Virus record (IMG/VR): IMGVR_UViG_3300032007_000009
Origin: a virus
Lineage: Duplodnaviria > Caudoviricetes
Direction: 5' to 3' (one strand)
DNA length: 64,000 nt
The translations under genes were made by a program, and so were the position numbers. This document shows, in pieces, positions 51,258 through 62,800 of this stretch (its first letter is position 1; the number at the start of each line of letters is the position of its first letter). Below the pieces are notes generated by a model, which saw only the letters and a program-made list of their open reading frames with translations, made no database searches and was not told the DNA's origin.

Positions 51258-51272
51258 ATGTATCTCTCTTTT
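51241..51272. terminator. Bidirectional terminator
   Basis: AAAAGAGAGATAC-TTAAAT-GTATCTCTCTTTT. Confidence 0.85.
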
Positions 51273-51593
51273 TTAGAATTTAGGAATAGAAACTTTAGGC
51301 ATTGATTGACTCATACTATTATTCACGTTCCTCATCATAGATGATGGATTATATTTTTGTTGCATCATACTATGTTCTTTCTCCTGTTGTTTCTGTTGTT
51401 CTTCTTGTTGTTTCTGTATAATATTAATTTCCTCTAAAATAATTTCATACTGATAATATGGCATTATTAATATTTCAGAAGGAGCAATGTTATATTCTTT
51501 AGCAATATAAAGATTATTTTTTACCGAACTTTCCGTGTTTACCTGATACGTTGAATAGATCGCGAATTCTATTTGGAAATCGGATATCTGAAG
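51273..51593 (-). CDS. gp51-like / tail-chaperone extension frame, probably reached by frameshift
   Basis: The frame is open for 107 codons with no ATG/GTG/TTG before MPYY; NLYIAKEYNIAPSEILIMPYYQYE resembles gp51-type motifs. Confidence 0.55.
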   Translation of the reverse strand, partial: LQISDFQIEFAIYSTYQVNTESSVKNNLYIAKEYNIAPSEILIMPYYQYEIILEEINIIQKQQEEQQKQQEKEHSMMQQKYNPSSMMRNVNNSMSQSMPKVSIPKF

Positions 51594-52668
51594 TTACCTC
51601 CTCTCCGCAAACTGGACATTCCATAATTAATTTATTTGATGGTGTAACAATAATATTACGAACTACATCATCCATAAAACTAAACATATCTGCATCCCAA
51701 GATTTATACTTCATTTCTAATTCACGTATCTGACGAGCAGCAATTGTTTCATCTTTAGAAATCTTTGGAGTTAACCAACTAACAAATCTTAAGAATGTTT
51801 GATCTATCTTACGATTACGGTTTTCTTGAAGTCTTGCTATTATCCAAGATTTAACTGCAGCATCCTTCTCAAGAGTTGGAATATAAAGTTGAATAGATGG
51901 TTGATTTTCTAAACCAAATTCTGCAGGATCAATATACCAACAACGATCTTCTTGTGAATAATACTTCATTACTTCCTCATCAGGATAATCATACATTAAT
52001 GATTGTGAATTCAATCCAAACTTAATTTCATTATCGCATTCTGGACAATAATCAGAATACTCAATCTTTTGTTCACCTTGACGGAATGTATATTCACGAA
52101 TCAATAATAAGAAGAAGAATCTATCCCATGATGAAACATTACCCCATGGAATTGGTTTACCTCCAGGCCCAATAATTGCAAGACATGATTTCAATATTTC
52201 ATTAAATACATCATCAACTGAATTGATATTTTCGTCATCAATATTTGACCAGTTACGAATTGCTTCAACTGTTGCAGGGCGAATACGGAAATTCCAATCT
52301 TCAGGATAATAAGTAGCACGTTTTCCAAGTAATACTTTATCTACTGGAATCCAACCTTCTCTTATTTCAGCGCTATCAAATAGATTCTCACCCATTCTGG
52401 TTAATTTCTTATCCTTAACCATTTTTTTATCATTTTCTTTATTTTCAAATGGGCTTTCTCCAGGAATATGACCTAATTTTGTTCCAAGATATCTTGCAGC
52501 TTCAGATTTTTGCTCTTCTTGTTGAGGTTCTTGTTTTTTTCTTAATGGTTCGGCCACTTCTCCATTTTCCATAATTGGATCTCCAGGTCCTTCAGTTTCT
52601 GTAACTTCAGGTGCTTCAGGAATTTGACTAGCTAATGCCTTTTCCATTAATTCTTCATCTGACATCAT
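51514..52668 (-). CDS. T4 gp26-like baseplate hub / tail assembly chaperone
   Basis: IRPATVE, DRFFFLLLIR, CPECD and CPVCG zinc-binding pairs, C-terminal DLF. Confidence 0.65.
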   Translation of the reverse strand: MMSDEELMEKALASQIPEAPEVTETEGPGDPIMENGEVAEPLRKKQEPQQEEQKSEAARYLGTKLGHIPGESPFENKENDKKMVKDKKLTRMGENLFDSAEIREGWIPVDKVLLGKRATYYPEDWNFRIRPATVEAIRNWSNIDDENINSVDDVFNEILKSCLAIIGPGGKPIPWGNVSSWDRFFFLLLIREYTFRQGEQKIEYSDYCPECDNEIKFGLNSQSLMYDYPDEEVMKYYSQEDRCWYIDPAEFGLENQPSIQLYIPTLEKDAAVKSWIIARLQENRNRKIDQTFLRFVSWLTPKISKDETIAARQIRELEMKYKSWDADMFSFMDDVVRNIIVTPSNKLIMECPVCGEEVTSDIRFPNRIRDLFNVSGKHGKFGKK

Positions 52669-52881
52669 ATTTTAATATTTTCTATATATTTATTATCATA
52701 TTATATATAAATATAAATAAAATAGTTAAATTATCAAAAATAATTAAAAAATATTTACATTTAAATTATTATTTTTTTTTTCTTAAATTTTTATATAATA
52801 TTTAAAAAATTTCATATATATACTATTTTAGTTATATAAATATAATATATGAATTATCTTTAACAAATTAAATTCAATTAT

Positions 52882-54989
52882 ATGAAGTACGAAGTACAGG
52901 TAGAATCAATATTTAATAAGTTCATTCAGAATACTGTTTGTGGTAAGCAATTGAACGAATATCAGTTGAATGCCGTAAAGAATTATTTTCAGAAGTGCTG
53001 GGAAACAGGTTATGCTCAGGGATATGCTGATGGGTTAAACGATAAATCATCTACATTTGAAAACATAGATAATTAATATGAGTACATTATTTGATACATA
53101 TTATGATTCATTAGGACATGAACTTCATATAGGAGATCCTGTTTTTATAAGAACTGGTGGACATGTAATATTTGGAAGTTTAGTAAAATTTGATTCTGAT
53201 AAAAAGGGAAATATAAAATATAATGTAGTACCCAGTGCAAAATATAAAGCTGTAGGTATTGATAATTTAAAAAGGTCTTATAAAGTTTCAGAAATTAATA
53301 TATTTTTAGCGGTTATCAAAAAATAAAAATTTAATATGTTTGTTTATAATTATCCAGATTCTAATATTGAAACTAAAATTGTTATATTTGGTGCTAAAGG
53401 AAACATAATAGTTTGTAATTGGCGGCCAAGTATTAGACAGTGGGTGGATGATTCACAACCTATTACAATGGGAACAATATCATATCTTGAACATGATTGT
53501 AGAATTAACCAAGGTGCAGTTCATTGGTGTTATTATTCTGAATTTGTAAGATTTATGAATAGACAACAAAATTTAAATATTAAAGAAGAAATATAATTAA
53601 AATAAATATGAGATTCTATAATTCACAGGATGCACTTAATTGGATGGTTAATCATCCATTAGAAAAACTTTATGATAAATATGGTAACTATTATTTATGG
53701 GGTCCTTATTCTAATGTAATTGAATATAATTATGAAATAGATATTGAAAATTGTATTTGGGATATGGATAGAATCGATACAGATGAATTTTTAAATTATG
53801 GAGATTATGGAGATAATTTCTTAGAAACTATATAAAAATTAAATATTATTTAAAAAATTAAATAAGATTTACTATATTATATATATAATTTAAAATTTAA
53901 AAATATGAAGAATTTAACAATACATTTCAAAAATGCTTCCGCAATGTGTTTATATTATATGGAAATGGAAGGACAAATTTCTGATGGTAAATATGAAAAT
54001 TCTCGTCCTTATGATCACTGGAAGTGGATTTGTGATGTTAACAATATGATTGTTGATGATAAATCTGGTATTGAATCAACAATTGGTAGTAATTCTCGTT
54101 TTTGGTATGCACCTTCAAAAAAATATAATTTAAATGAATGGTTCGGTTATATTAACAAATGGCGTAAGAATAATGATTCAGATTATCGTTGGGCTACAAG
54201 AATTATTGCTTTTGGAAAATTTGGTAAGATTTATCCTAAATTAACATATGAAACACTTCGTTCTTTATATGAAATTAGAATTCTGTTAGAGGATTTACAG
54301 GTTAAGTATGAAATGGGAGAACATGATCCTGAAGTATTATTTAATAAAATTACTGATTTTTCGACTTATACATGGCGACAGAAATATTACGATGCTTGTA
54401 AAGAATATTTTACTCCTGAATTTGTAAAGAAGTTTGTAGAACTTAAATATGATGTTAAGGAAGTTAAAGAAGATGTAAAATCAATGCAGGTATCAATTAA
54501 TACTGATATAAATATTTGGAATTTAAATAAATGAAACAGAAAAAAATAATAACTCCATTATCTAAATGGCCAACTGAAGCAATATTATATTTATTTCGTA
54601 AATATCGTCAATGTAAAACAAAGCTTCCGTATGATTATGTATATCGTTTTAATAAAAAATTAAATAAACCAGAATATTGGCTTCCACAGTATGGGAAATA
54701 TGAAGATGAAAATGGTTCAATTATTCGTGATATTGTAAGTTATAAAAAATATTCACAAAAGGAAATCAATACTCAGTTTACTCATACATATGGATGTAAT
54801 GGACGGGTTTCTTACTGGGATGATTGGTATTTACCTACTGATAATATTTGGTTTAGATTTGAAGGTATGTATTGGGAAGGTACAATTGATGATATAAGAA
54901 AAGAATTATCAAAACGTCCTCATTGTAATATTAAAGGTTCAAAAGAATTTAGAAAATGGAAAATTAATTGGAAAAGACAGAATCTGTAA
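52882..54989 (+). CDS. Run of six small hypothetical genes (52882, 53078, 53336, 53608, 53905, 54531)
   Basis: Packed ORFs downstream of CTAT(A/T)TTA motifs. Confidence 0.55.
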
Positions 54990-55023
54990 TACACCATATT
55001 TTATTTTAAATTAAACATTAAAA

Positions 55024-55047
55024 AAGGCAGTACTTAAGTACTGCCTT
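55024..55047. terminator. Perfect palindrome, bidirectional terminator
   Basis: AAGGCAGTAC-TTAA-GTACTGCCTT. Confidence 0.85.
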
Positions 55048-55052
55048 ATTTT

Positions 55053-56324
55053 TTAATACCAATTTACAGATGTATCTTGTACATAATTTGTAAAATTTGG
55101 ATATTTAGTTTTTATATCTTCACGTTCATCACACCATTGAAAATTTGTATTTACTGCTATCTTTGCTGTAGGATTACCTGTTTCTGCTTTAAGAGGAATT
55201 ACTTGTCTTTCTTTTAATATAGCAATATCAATATCCCAAGGTGCGATTATTCTATTAATTGTAAATGATACAGGAGAAATACCACTAATACCGTTTGATG
55301 CATTAGTATTGATCATTGTTGTTTCTGTAATACCTGCATTTGGATTTGCTTTTGCAAATAAATCATGTACTTCTTTACCATTTACATATAATGGAATTGT
55401 ACCACCTGCAGCTAATATAGTAACATATGTTTTATTAGAACCTTCTTGATATGATGCATCAAATACAACATCATTAAAATCAAAGTCTGTTCCTGTAGAT
55501 GCACTTAAATCTTCAGCAATTATTCTAACTGTATATCTATTAGGCTCAACATAATCATCTTTACCTGGAATAATCTTTATAATCCAATCATTATAAATAT
55601 AATCTCTCTTATCTTCTTCATTTGCATTAGCAGGTGCTTGTCTCCACGCTTCATGATCAAATCCTATATAATAATTTCCATTGATTTTTTCCATTCTCCA
55701 ATGATTATAAATTCTTTGACCACCTGATTGAGATGTTTTAAAACTCCATTGATTTGTAGATGAATACCACATTAACATACACCCATTCCATGCAGTACAA
55801 TTACCTGCATTAAAATTATTTACAATATCATCTATTGTATTACCTGTTTGTTCCCATTTAACTGGCCAATAACTAGTTTGTACCCAATCTGTAACACAGG
55901 CTAATTCATTCATTTTATAACCATTTGGACCTGTATAAACTTGTTGAACAAAGAATTTTTCAAAATCAAATAGTACTGTTTGAGGACCTTCTTCTTTTTG
56001 ATTAAATACTGCTAATACTGCAGTTAATTCATCATTAGTAATTGGAGATGGTTGATGCCAATCAAGATATTTATTATTATCATCATGAGTACCCCACTGA
56101 TTACCATTTGGTTGAGCAGCACGAGTTGTGTTAGGTAATACTCTTGAACCAAATCCCCAATCTTGATTAGAAGCAGGAATACCGAAAGTCTTTACAAACG
56201 CATTATTATATTGCGATTGTGTAATGTCTTCAATTGAATAAGTTTCAAAATCATTTTTATTACATGAAATAAAACTAAACCCAATCATTAATACAAAAAC
56301 TAAACTAAAAATAATTTTCTTCAT
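55053..56324 (-). CDS. Prevotella-type lipoprotein (LruC/DUF4842-like)
   Basis: Lipobox FISC; FVKTFG...QDWGF; YNDWIIKI; IIAEDL...DFDFNDVVFD; AAGGTIP. Confidence 0.65.
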   Translation of the reverse strand: MKKIIFSLVFVLMIGFSFISCNKNDFETYSIEDITQSQYNNAFVKTFGIPASNQDWGFGSRVLPNTTRAAQPNGNQWGTHDDNNKYLDWHQPSPITNDELTAVLAVFNQKEEGPQTVLFDFEKFFVQQVYTGPNGYKMNELACVTDWVQTSYWPVKWEQTGNTIDDIVNNFNAGNCTAWNGCMLMWYSSTNQWSFKTSQSGGQRIYNHWRMEKINGNYYIGFDHEAWRQAPANANEEDKRDYIYNDWIIKIIPGKDDYVEPNRYTVRIIAEDLSASTGTDFDFNDVVFDASYQEGSNKTYVTILAAGGTIPLYVNGKEVHDLFAKANPNAGITETTMINTNASNGISGISPVSFTINRIIAPWDIDIAILKERQVIPLKAETGNPTAKIAVNTNFQWCDEREDIKTKYPNFTNYVQDTSVNWY

Positions 56325-56379
56325 TTTTCAATAATTGTTTTTTTATAGTTATTAAATTAAAATAATATTAAATTGCTAT

Positions 56380-58083
56380 TTAGAATTCTTGTTCATATTT
56401 AGATGCTTGAACAATAACATCTTCTCCTTTCTTTTGTGAAGCAGATATTATTTTTTTCTTTTCAAGTTTAACTCTTATTTTATGATCAAAATAATCATCT
56501 TGCATTTCAGCATGATTAATTATAAATATTGTTTTATCATTACTTAAGTTTTCTTTTAAAAGACTTAACATAATATTTCTTGCATTAGCATCCATATTAC
56601 TAAATAATTCATCTAAGAATAATATATTAAGATCTACATTAGCTATAATATTTTGAAGTATACCAAATATAATTGCTAAATCTAATGATTTACGTTGTCC
56701 TGTTGATAAATTATTATATGATATTTCTTTATCCCACCCATCTACAAATATATGAGCTTTAAATTCTTGATCATATTCAATCTTATAATTTTGTTCAAGT
56801 TTATTAATAAAGAATTGAATAGATTTATTAATATGTGGAATCAAAGTTTCAAGAAGATTATATCTAAGTGTCTTACTAAATAAATCATTCATTTCATTCC
56901 ATTCAGCAATTTCAAAATCACATTTATCTAACTGTTCTTTAATTGCTTTTATTTTTGTTTCATATTCTTTAATTAATTCATCGTAGTTATCATTTAATAA
57001 TTGTACTGAATCATTATAAGATTTAATTTCTGCATCAATATTGTTAATCTTTTGTTTAAGATCTGACATTTTAGTATTACATTCTTCTATGTGAGATTCA
57101 TATTTATTATCTATACTAGATTTTTGTAATTCATATTCTTTCTTTTTCTTATCCCATTCTTTATAGATATTAATATATTCATCATATTTTTGTTTATGAT
57201 TATCAATATGTTCTTGATCTATTTTCTGACCACATGTAGGACATATACCAGATTTAAATGTATTATAATATTCTTTAGCTTGCTTACCTAATGTCATTGC
57301 TTCTGTCATTTTATTCTGACATTCTTTAATATTGACATCTATTACATTTTTTTCTGAAAGTATTTGTTGTTCAATTTGTTGTTTCTTTTGTTTTTCTGTA
57401 ACACCTTCAGATATATATATTTCTCGTTTCTTTTTTAAACCTTCAACATCTACAGATATAGCTAATTCTGTTGTTTGTTTAGCTTGTTTATTTTTTAGAT
57501 GTTCTATTTGTTCTAAATTTTCTTCATAAACCGATTGTAAACGAATAGCTTCATTTTCTTGAGATTTTCTTTCTAATTTAATTTCATCATTATATTCAGA
57601 AAATAATTTAAAACCAAATATATCATCAAGAAACTGTTTTGTTTCACCGACACCCATTGATGCTAAACTATTAAATGCATTAAAAGAAATAATACACATT
57701 TTAGTTACTGCAAGTTTAGGTATATCAAATATTTCTTCTTCTAATATAGCTTGTGTATCTTTCTTATTAGATGCAGATAAAGTTTTACCATTAATTTCTA
57801 CTATTAATGGTTCTCTAATATTTCTTACAATATGAACTTCTTTATTCCTTGATGTTAAATTAATTTCAACTTGACACGCTTTACAATTCCAAGCAATCAA
57901 TCCTGGATTTGTTTGTCCTTTTACTGTTCCAAATAATCCCCATATTAAAGCTTCTCCAATTGATGTCTTACCAGAGCCAATAGGTCCTGAAAGTTTAATA
58001 AGACCTTTCATTTTGTCAAAATTAAATTCATGTGTACCGTATAAACTTTTAAAATCTGTTATTTTAACATTATGTATTATCAT
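56380..58083 (-). CDS. Rad50/SbcC-like ATPase (T4 gp46-like)
   Basis: GPIGSGKT, coiled coil with CPTC hook, LSTGQ, LFLDE, H-loop. Confidence 0.93.
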   Translation of the reverse strand: MIIHNVKITDFKSLYGTHEFNFDKMKGLIKLSGPIGSGKTSIGEALIWGLFGTVKGQTNPGLIAWNCKACQVEINLTSRNKEVHIVRNIREPLIVEINGKTLSASNKKDTQAILEEEIFDIPKLAVTKMCIISFNAFNSLASMGVGETKQFLDDIFGFKLFSEYNDEIKLERKSQENEAIRLQSVYEENLEQIEHLKNKQAKQTTELAISVDVEGLKKKREIYISEGVTEKQKKQQIEQQILSEKNVIDVNIKECQNKMTEAMTLGKQAKEYYNTFKSGICPTCGQKIDQEHIDNHKQKYDEYINIYKEWDKKKKEYELQKSSIDNKYESHIEECNTKMSDLKQKINNIDAEIKSYNDSVQLLNDNYDELIKEYETKIKAIKEQLDKCDFEIAEWNEMNDLFSKTLRYNLLETLIPHINKSIQFFINKLEQNYKIEYDQEFKAHIFVDGWDKEISYNNLSTGQRKSLDLAIIFGILQNIIANVDLNILFLDELFSNMDANARNIMLSLLKENLSNDKTIFIINHAEMQDDYFDHKIRVKLEKKKIISASQKKGEDVIVQASKYEQEF

Positions 58084-58643
58084 ACTATTTCTGGGTTAAT
58101 ATAATATTTTGATTTAATTTCATTTAATTTAAAATTACTTTTAACTTCTAATAAATCTTTCGTTATATAAGGCATAAATATAGGTTCAGATTTTTCTTTA
58201 TTATTTGTTTTATATTTATGCATCATAATAATTTCATTATCTTTAAATTGATCATAAATAAAACTAATATTTTCTAATTTATCTAAAGCTATATGATCTA
58301 CATGTTCCTTACCTTCAAAATCTTTATATTTATGAGTTAAATAACCTGCTTTAATTATTTGTTTAATAAGTTTTTCTATGAATGTAAATATTACATAATT
58401 CATAGGTTTATTAACTGTAATAATTTTAAATAAATCTTTATATTTATTAGCAATTTCTAAATCTTTCTTATCATCATAATAAGGATCAAAAAACTTCTGT
58501 GAAGCTTCTTTAATATCTTTATAAATTTTATCATTTATTATTTTAGATATTTTGTTTTCCAAATCATGATTAATTTTATTTATATCATCTTCATAATCAT
58601 CTTTAAAACTATTTTTAATAACTTCATTAATATTTTCACTCAT
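58080..58643 (-). CDS. Hypothetical protein between the gp47- and gp46-like genes
   Basis: 187-aa ORF whose end overlaps the gp46 start. Confidence 0.55.
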   Translation of the reverse strand: MSENINEVIKNSFKDDYEDDINKINHDLENKISKIINDKIYKDIKEASQKFFDPYYDDKKDLEIANKYKDLFKIITVNKPMNYVIFTFIEKLIKQIIKAGYLTHKYKDFEGKEHVDHIALDKLENISFIYDQFKDNEIIMMHKYKTNNKEKSEPIFMPYITKDLLEVKSNFKLNEIKSKYYINPEIV

Positions 58644-58654
58644 ATTTTAATTCA

Positions 58655-59677
58655 TTATTGTTCTTGTAATCTAGTTTTTATTAAATTATATTTTTCATCT
58701 AAATGTTCTGGAATGTTTTGTTCAATATATGTTTCAATATTAGTATTAAATCCATTTACAGTTAGATTTTCAATATTTGTTTCATCATCAATAACATGTA
58801 ATCTAATATTTGAACTTATATACTTATTTTTAATTTCTTTAAGTTGTTCAACATATTTTGCTTTATTTACATTTTGTGTAGATATACACAACTGAACATA
58901 TGAATTTTCAAAATATGCATCATCTAAATTAAATATATCATCATTATATGCACGTTTAAATTGTGGTGTAGTTATATTTTTAATTTTCTCAACTACTTCA
59001 TACTTATTTAATATATATAAATATCTATCTTGATTAACATCATTAAATGTTAAAGGTACAGCAGCACCTAAGTTATGTAAATTACATAATTGATCTTCTA
59101 CAATAAAATGAATATGTCCTGCATATATTGGACAACCTTTAAAAGATGCAATACGAGCTCCTGGCCATGTTGTTAAATCAGCATGACAAAATATAGCATG
59201 TACATCATTGGAAAAATCATAATTATATAATAGTTCATCAATATGATCTGTATTTTCTGACCAATACCATGGTAACATTAAACATCCATCTTCAGTTAAT
59301 AATGGATCTTTATTTACTATTATAAGATTTTTATGTATAAGTAAAAATTCTTCAGGAAATAATAAATTATAAACATTATACTCATCAAACTCTTCAAGTG
59401 GTGAATAATAATCATGATTTCCTGCTATCATATAAAATATAACATTAGGAAACATATTAACCATTTCCCTTACTTTCTTTTGTAATTCTAATCCTATTTG
59501 TTGATTAATTGAATATCTTATATCACTTAAATCACCAAGGAATATTACACGTTCAATTTCTTTTGTTTTAATTGTTTCAAAAATTTGTTTATCAAAAAAT
59601 TCTAATTGAGATTCTAACCAGGTTAAAGAATTATTCTTTATACCAATATGCATATCTCCTATTACTAATGACCTCAT
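58655..59677 (-). CDS. Mre11/SbcD-like nuclease (T4 gp47-like)
   Basis: GDMHIG, FLGD, GNHD, GHIH; close to the Rad50 gene. Confidence 0.9.
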   Translation of the reverse strand: MRSLVIGDMHIGIKNNSLTWLESQLEFFDKQIFETIKTKEIERVIFLGDLSDIRYSINQQIGLELQKKVREMVNMFPNVIFYMIAGNHDYYSPLEEFDEYNVYNLLFPEEFLLIHKNLIIVNKDPLLTEDGCLMLPWYWSENTDHIDELLYNYDFSNDVHAIFCHADLTTWPGARIASFKGCPIYAGHIHFIVEDQLCNLHNLGAAVPLTFNDVNQDRYLYILNKYEVVEKIKNITTPQFKRAYNDDIFNLDDAYFENSYVQLCISTQNVNKAKYVEQLKEIKNKYISSNIRLHVIDDETNIENLTVNGFNTNIETYIEQNIPEHLDEKYNLIKTRLQEQ

Positions 59678-59866
59678 TTAGTTAATATACTTCTTATATA
59701 TTTGTGAGGTAAGATTAAAATAAAATAGTTTTACAATTAAAAATATTAAAAAATACTTATACTACAATATAAACAAACATAAATATTTTATCATAAAATT
59801 TATATATTATTGAAAATTTATATGTGAATTACTATATTATTAATATAATAATTAAATTTTAGGAAT

Positions 59867-62800
59867 ATGCATTACAATATGTTAAATGAAGTTATGAGTT
59901 GTAAAATGAGTTCAACAAATCCTTCTGTTGGAATGTGTGCTACAATGTTTGTTGGTTCTGACCGTTATGCAATGGTTGTAACTGAGGTTCTTGGAAAGAA
60001 TAAAATTCGTATAGATCATATGACTGATGAGGATTATAATGGAGAGAAATATTCAGACCAAAACGGAACAGATTTTGTTCCTGTTTTCAATATGAATAAG
60101 TATGCACGAGTAAATGATAATCAAACTGGATTTGAATCAACTGGTAAGATTTATACATACCGCAAGAATAAACGCTGGATGCCTGCTGGTGAAGGACTAT
60201 GGGGTACATGTTCAATTCATTTAGGTAAAGCAGAAAATTATAGAGATCCGAATTTTTAATTCGGATCTTTTTTAAATAATATATAAAAATATTGAATACA
60301 TTTTGAATTAGTACTATATTATAATTGTAATTAATGTTTAATATGAAAAGATATAAATTCATTAAAGATCGTACCGCTTCACCAAAGGAGGTTTTTGAAA
60401 ATCTTAAAAATGGTGGTTTGAAGTTGTTATGCTTTAATCAAGTTACGGGTTTGTGGAGCCAGGTTGCTTGGTGTGGTGATAATATAATTGAAGTTATTAC
60501 AATTAAAGATGATAAGTGTTATGGTGAGTATTTCGAACATTTTCCATATCATGATTTGTTTCAGTTGAAAGAAAACACAAAATTTTTCAAAAATAAAACT
60601 TGGTGGTTGGGTTATATTGAAGATTAATTATGGCAAAAATTACAATTGAATTTGAAGTTACTGATGATTTTATTAATCATTTAAAACGTATTCAGAAAGA
60701 ATATAATATGGATGCTCAACATTTTGCTGAAGAGACAATATATGCTTATCAGATAGAAGATTGGTCAAATATTATATCAATGACTGTTGATTCACCACTT
60801 CAAAAAAGACCTATTCGTTATATACCAAAGAAAAAATAAATGAAATATAGAATTAAATATCATGACACAAGTTGGTTGTTCTTTACACCATTTGCATTTT
60901 TAAATATGGGTGGAACAAATCATTGGGTGATACAATCTAAAAAAGGATTATTTGGCAAATGGAAAAATGTAGGATATAGTTATTCACAACCAGAAGAATG
61001 CTACATTGAATATTTCAAATTAAAATATAACATTAATATTGAAAAAAGAAAAAAATTTAAACATAATAGAAAAAAAGATAAAACTGTATGGTGTTTTTTG
61101 AATTTTCATTTTAATAACTATTCAACTGAATATAAATATTGTGTAGGATATAAACCTACTAATTATGCAAAATATTATCATTGCTGTTATTCAAGTGAAT
61201 CTTATGAAGATGCATTAATGAGACTTTATACAGAACTTCAAGTAAAAGAATTAATTAATAAATAAATTTAAATAGTTATGAGTTATTACGATACTTCATC
61301 AAGTGTTATAGGATGTCTATTTATTATTATCCTATGCGTTATTTTTGGTGCATTTAGTGGTTTTATTTTTATGCTACTTTGGAATTGGCTTGCACCTCTA
61401 TTTTGGGCGTCTGCTCCTGTGCTTACATTTTGGCAGGCGTGGGGAGTTTGTATTTTACTTTCATGGATAGGTAGTATATTTAGAAGTAAATCAAAATAAG
61501 TTATGAATAGTTCTAAAGCGGTTATACGAGTTATTGAAAAGGGAGATCTTCCTGGTGATTATGATAAGATTTTCTATGTTGAAAATGTTAATGTTGATAT
61601 TAATGGAAAACTTAATGTTGGATTAACTGGAGATATATGGAAATCAATGAAATTAAGCTCATATTATTATTTACCAACTGATATTAGCAAAAGTAATAGT
61701 ATTAATGCTTTTATTGAGTTTGTTAAATATAGTTTTACTCCAAGGAAGAAATATAATATTGAACTTATTGAAATTAAAGTAGAATATTAATATGAGGTTT
61801 TATAAGTTTGCTCGTAAGTTACAAAAATTTATTGATAAAGTTATTTATTTCTTTGAATAATGAATTGGTCGTATTTTTTTAGATTGTTTATTGATTATAA
61901 ATATCCTGATGATATTATTAAAATTTTGAATGCGAAATATAAAGTAATTCGTGTTCATAAGAAAAAAATTAAGAACATTGAAAAAAGTTCAAATATATTT
62001 ACATTATTTGGATTTAAATTTGGTGATTTATATGATTTAAATCCAAAGGATATGATACGAATTAAACGTCATAGATATATTATAAATAAGACAAAAAAGG
62101 ATATTAAAGGAATTAGAGAACATTATAAAAAAGTAATATGGAAGAAATAATAATTAAAGATTTTATGGGTAATGAAATTAATGTTGGAGATAATGTTGTT
62201 ATTTCAGATTCAACATATTCAAAAACCCCATATTTGGTTTTAGGAACAGTAACTGAAATTGGCGACCCAAGGTTGTTTAAAAATGGTAATATTGATTATG
62301 TTCCAATATATATAAATGTAATCGGACGTTCATGTCATTATCGTTCAACTCTTGAAATGAATAATTATGAACATCAATCAGGAACAAAAACAGGATTTAG
62401 ATATAGTGATAAATGCTATATTAATATATTGAAAGTAAGTTAATGTTAGTATGAGAAGTAATATTTGTAAAAATATATGAAAACTTGGAATGATATAAAA
62501 CTTAATGATTATATATATGTATTAGTATATCATAAAAATTGCTATATTGAAATTAGACGATGTAAAGTTATTAATATAAAAATTTTAACGAAAGAATATA
62601 TTAAAATATGGTATACACATCCATTAAATAAAGATTTAGATTTTTTAAAATTAGAAACTCGTGATTTATTAGTACATAAAAAACAATATGTTTCTGAAAA
62701 TGATTGGAAAAATAAAAAATATAAGTTTTTAATTATAACAGAATTTAATGAAAATATAATTAAAGAATTTGAAACAATACATGGAATATAAGAAAGAAGA

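Noticed and set aside
161-60362. Numerous short antisense or overlapping ORFs in the track (e.g. 161-385, 2098-2340, 4496-4789, 14465-14707, 24526-25224, 44310-44759, 51551-51733, 57332-57529)
   Set aside because: They lie within well-supported genes on the other strand or frame and carry no recognisable motifs.
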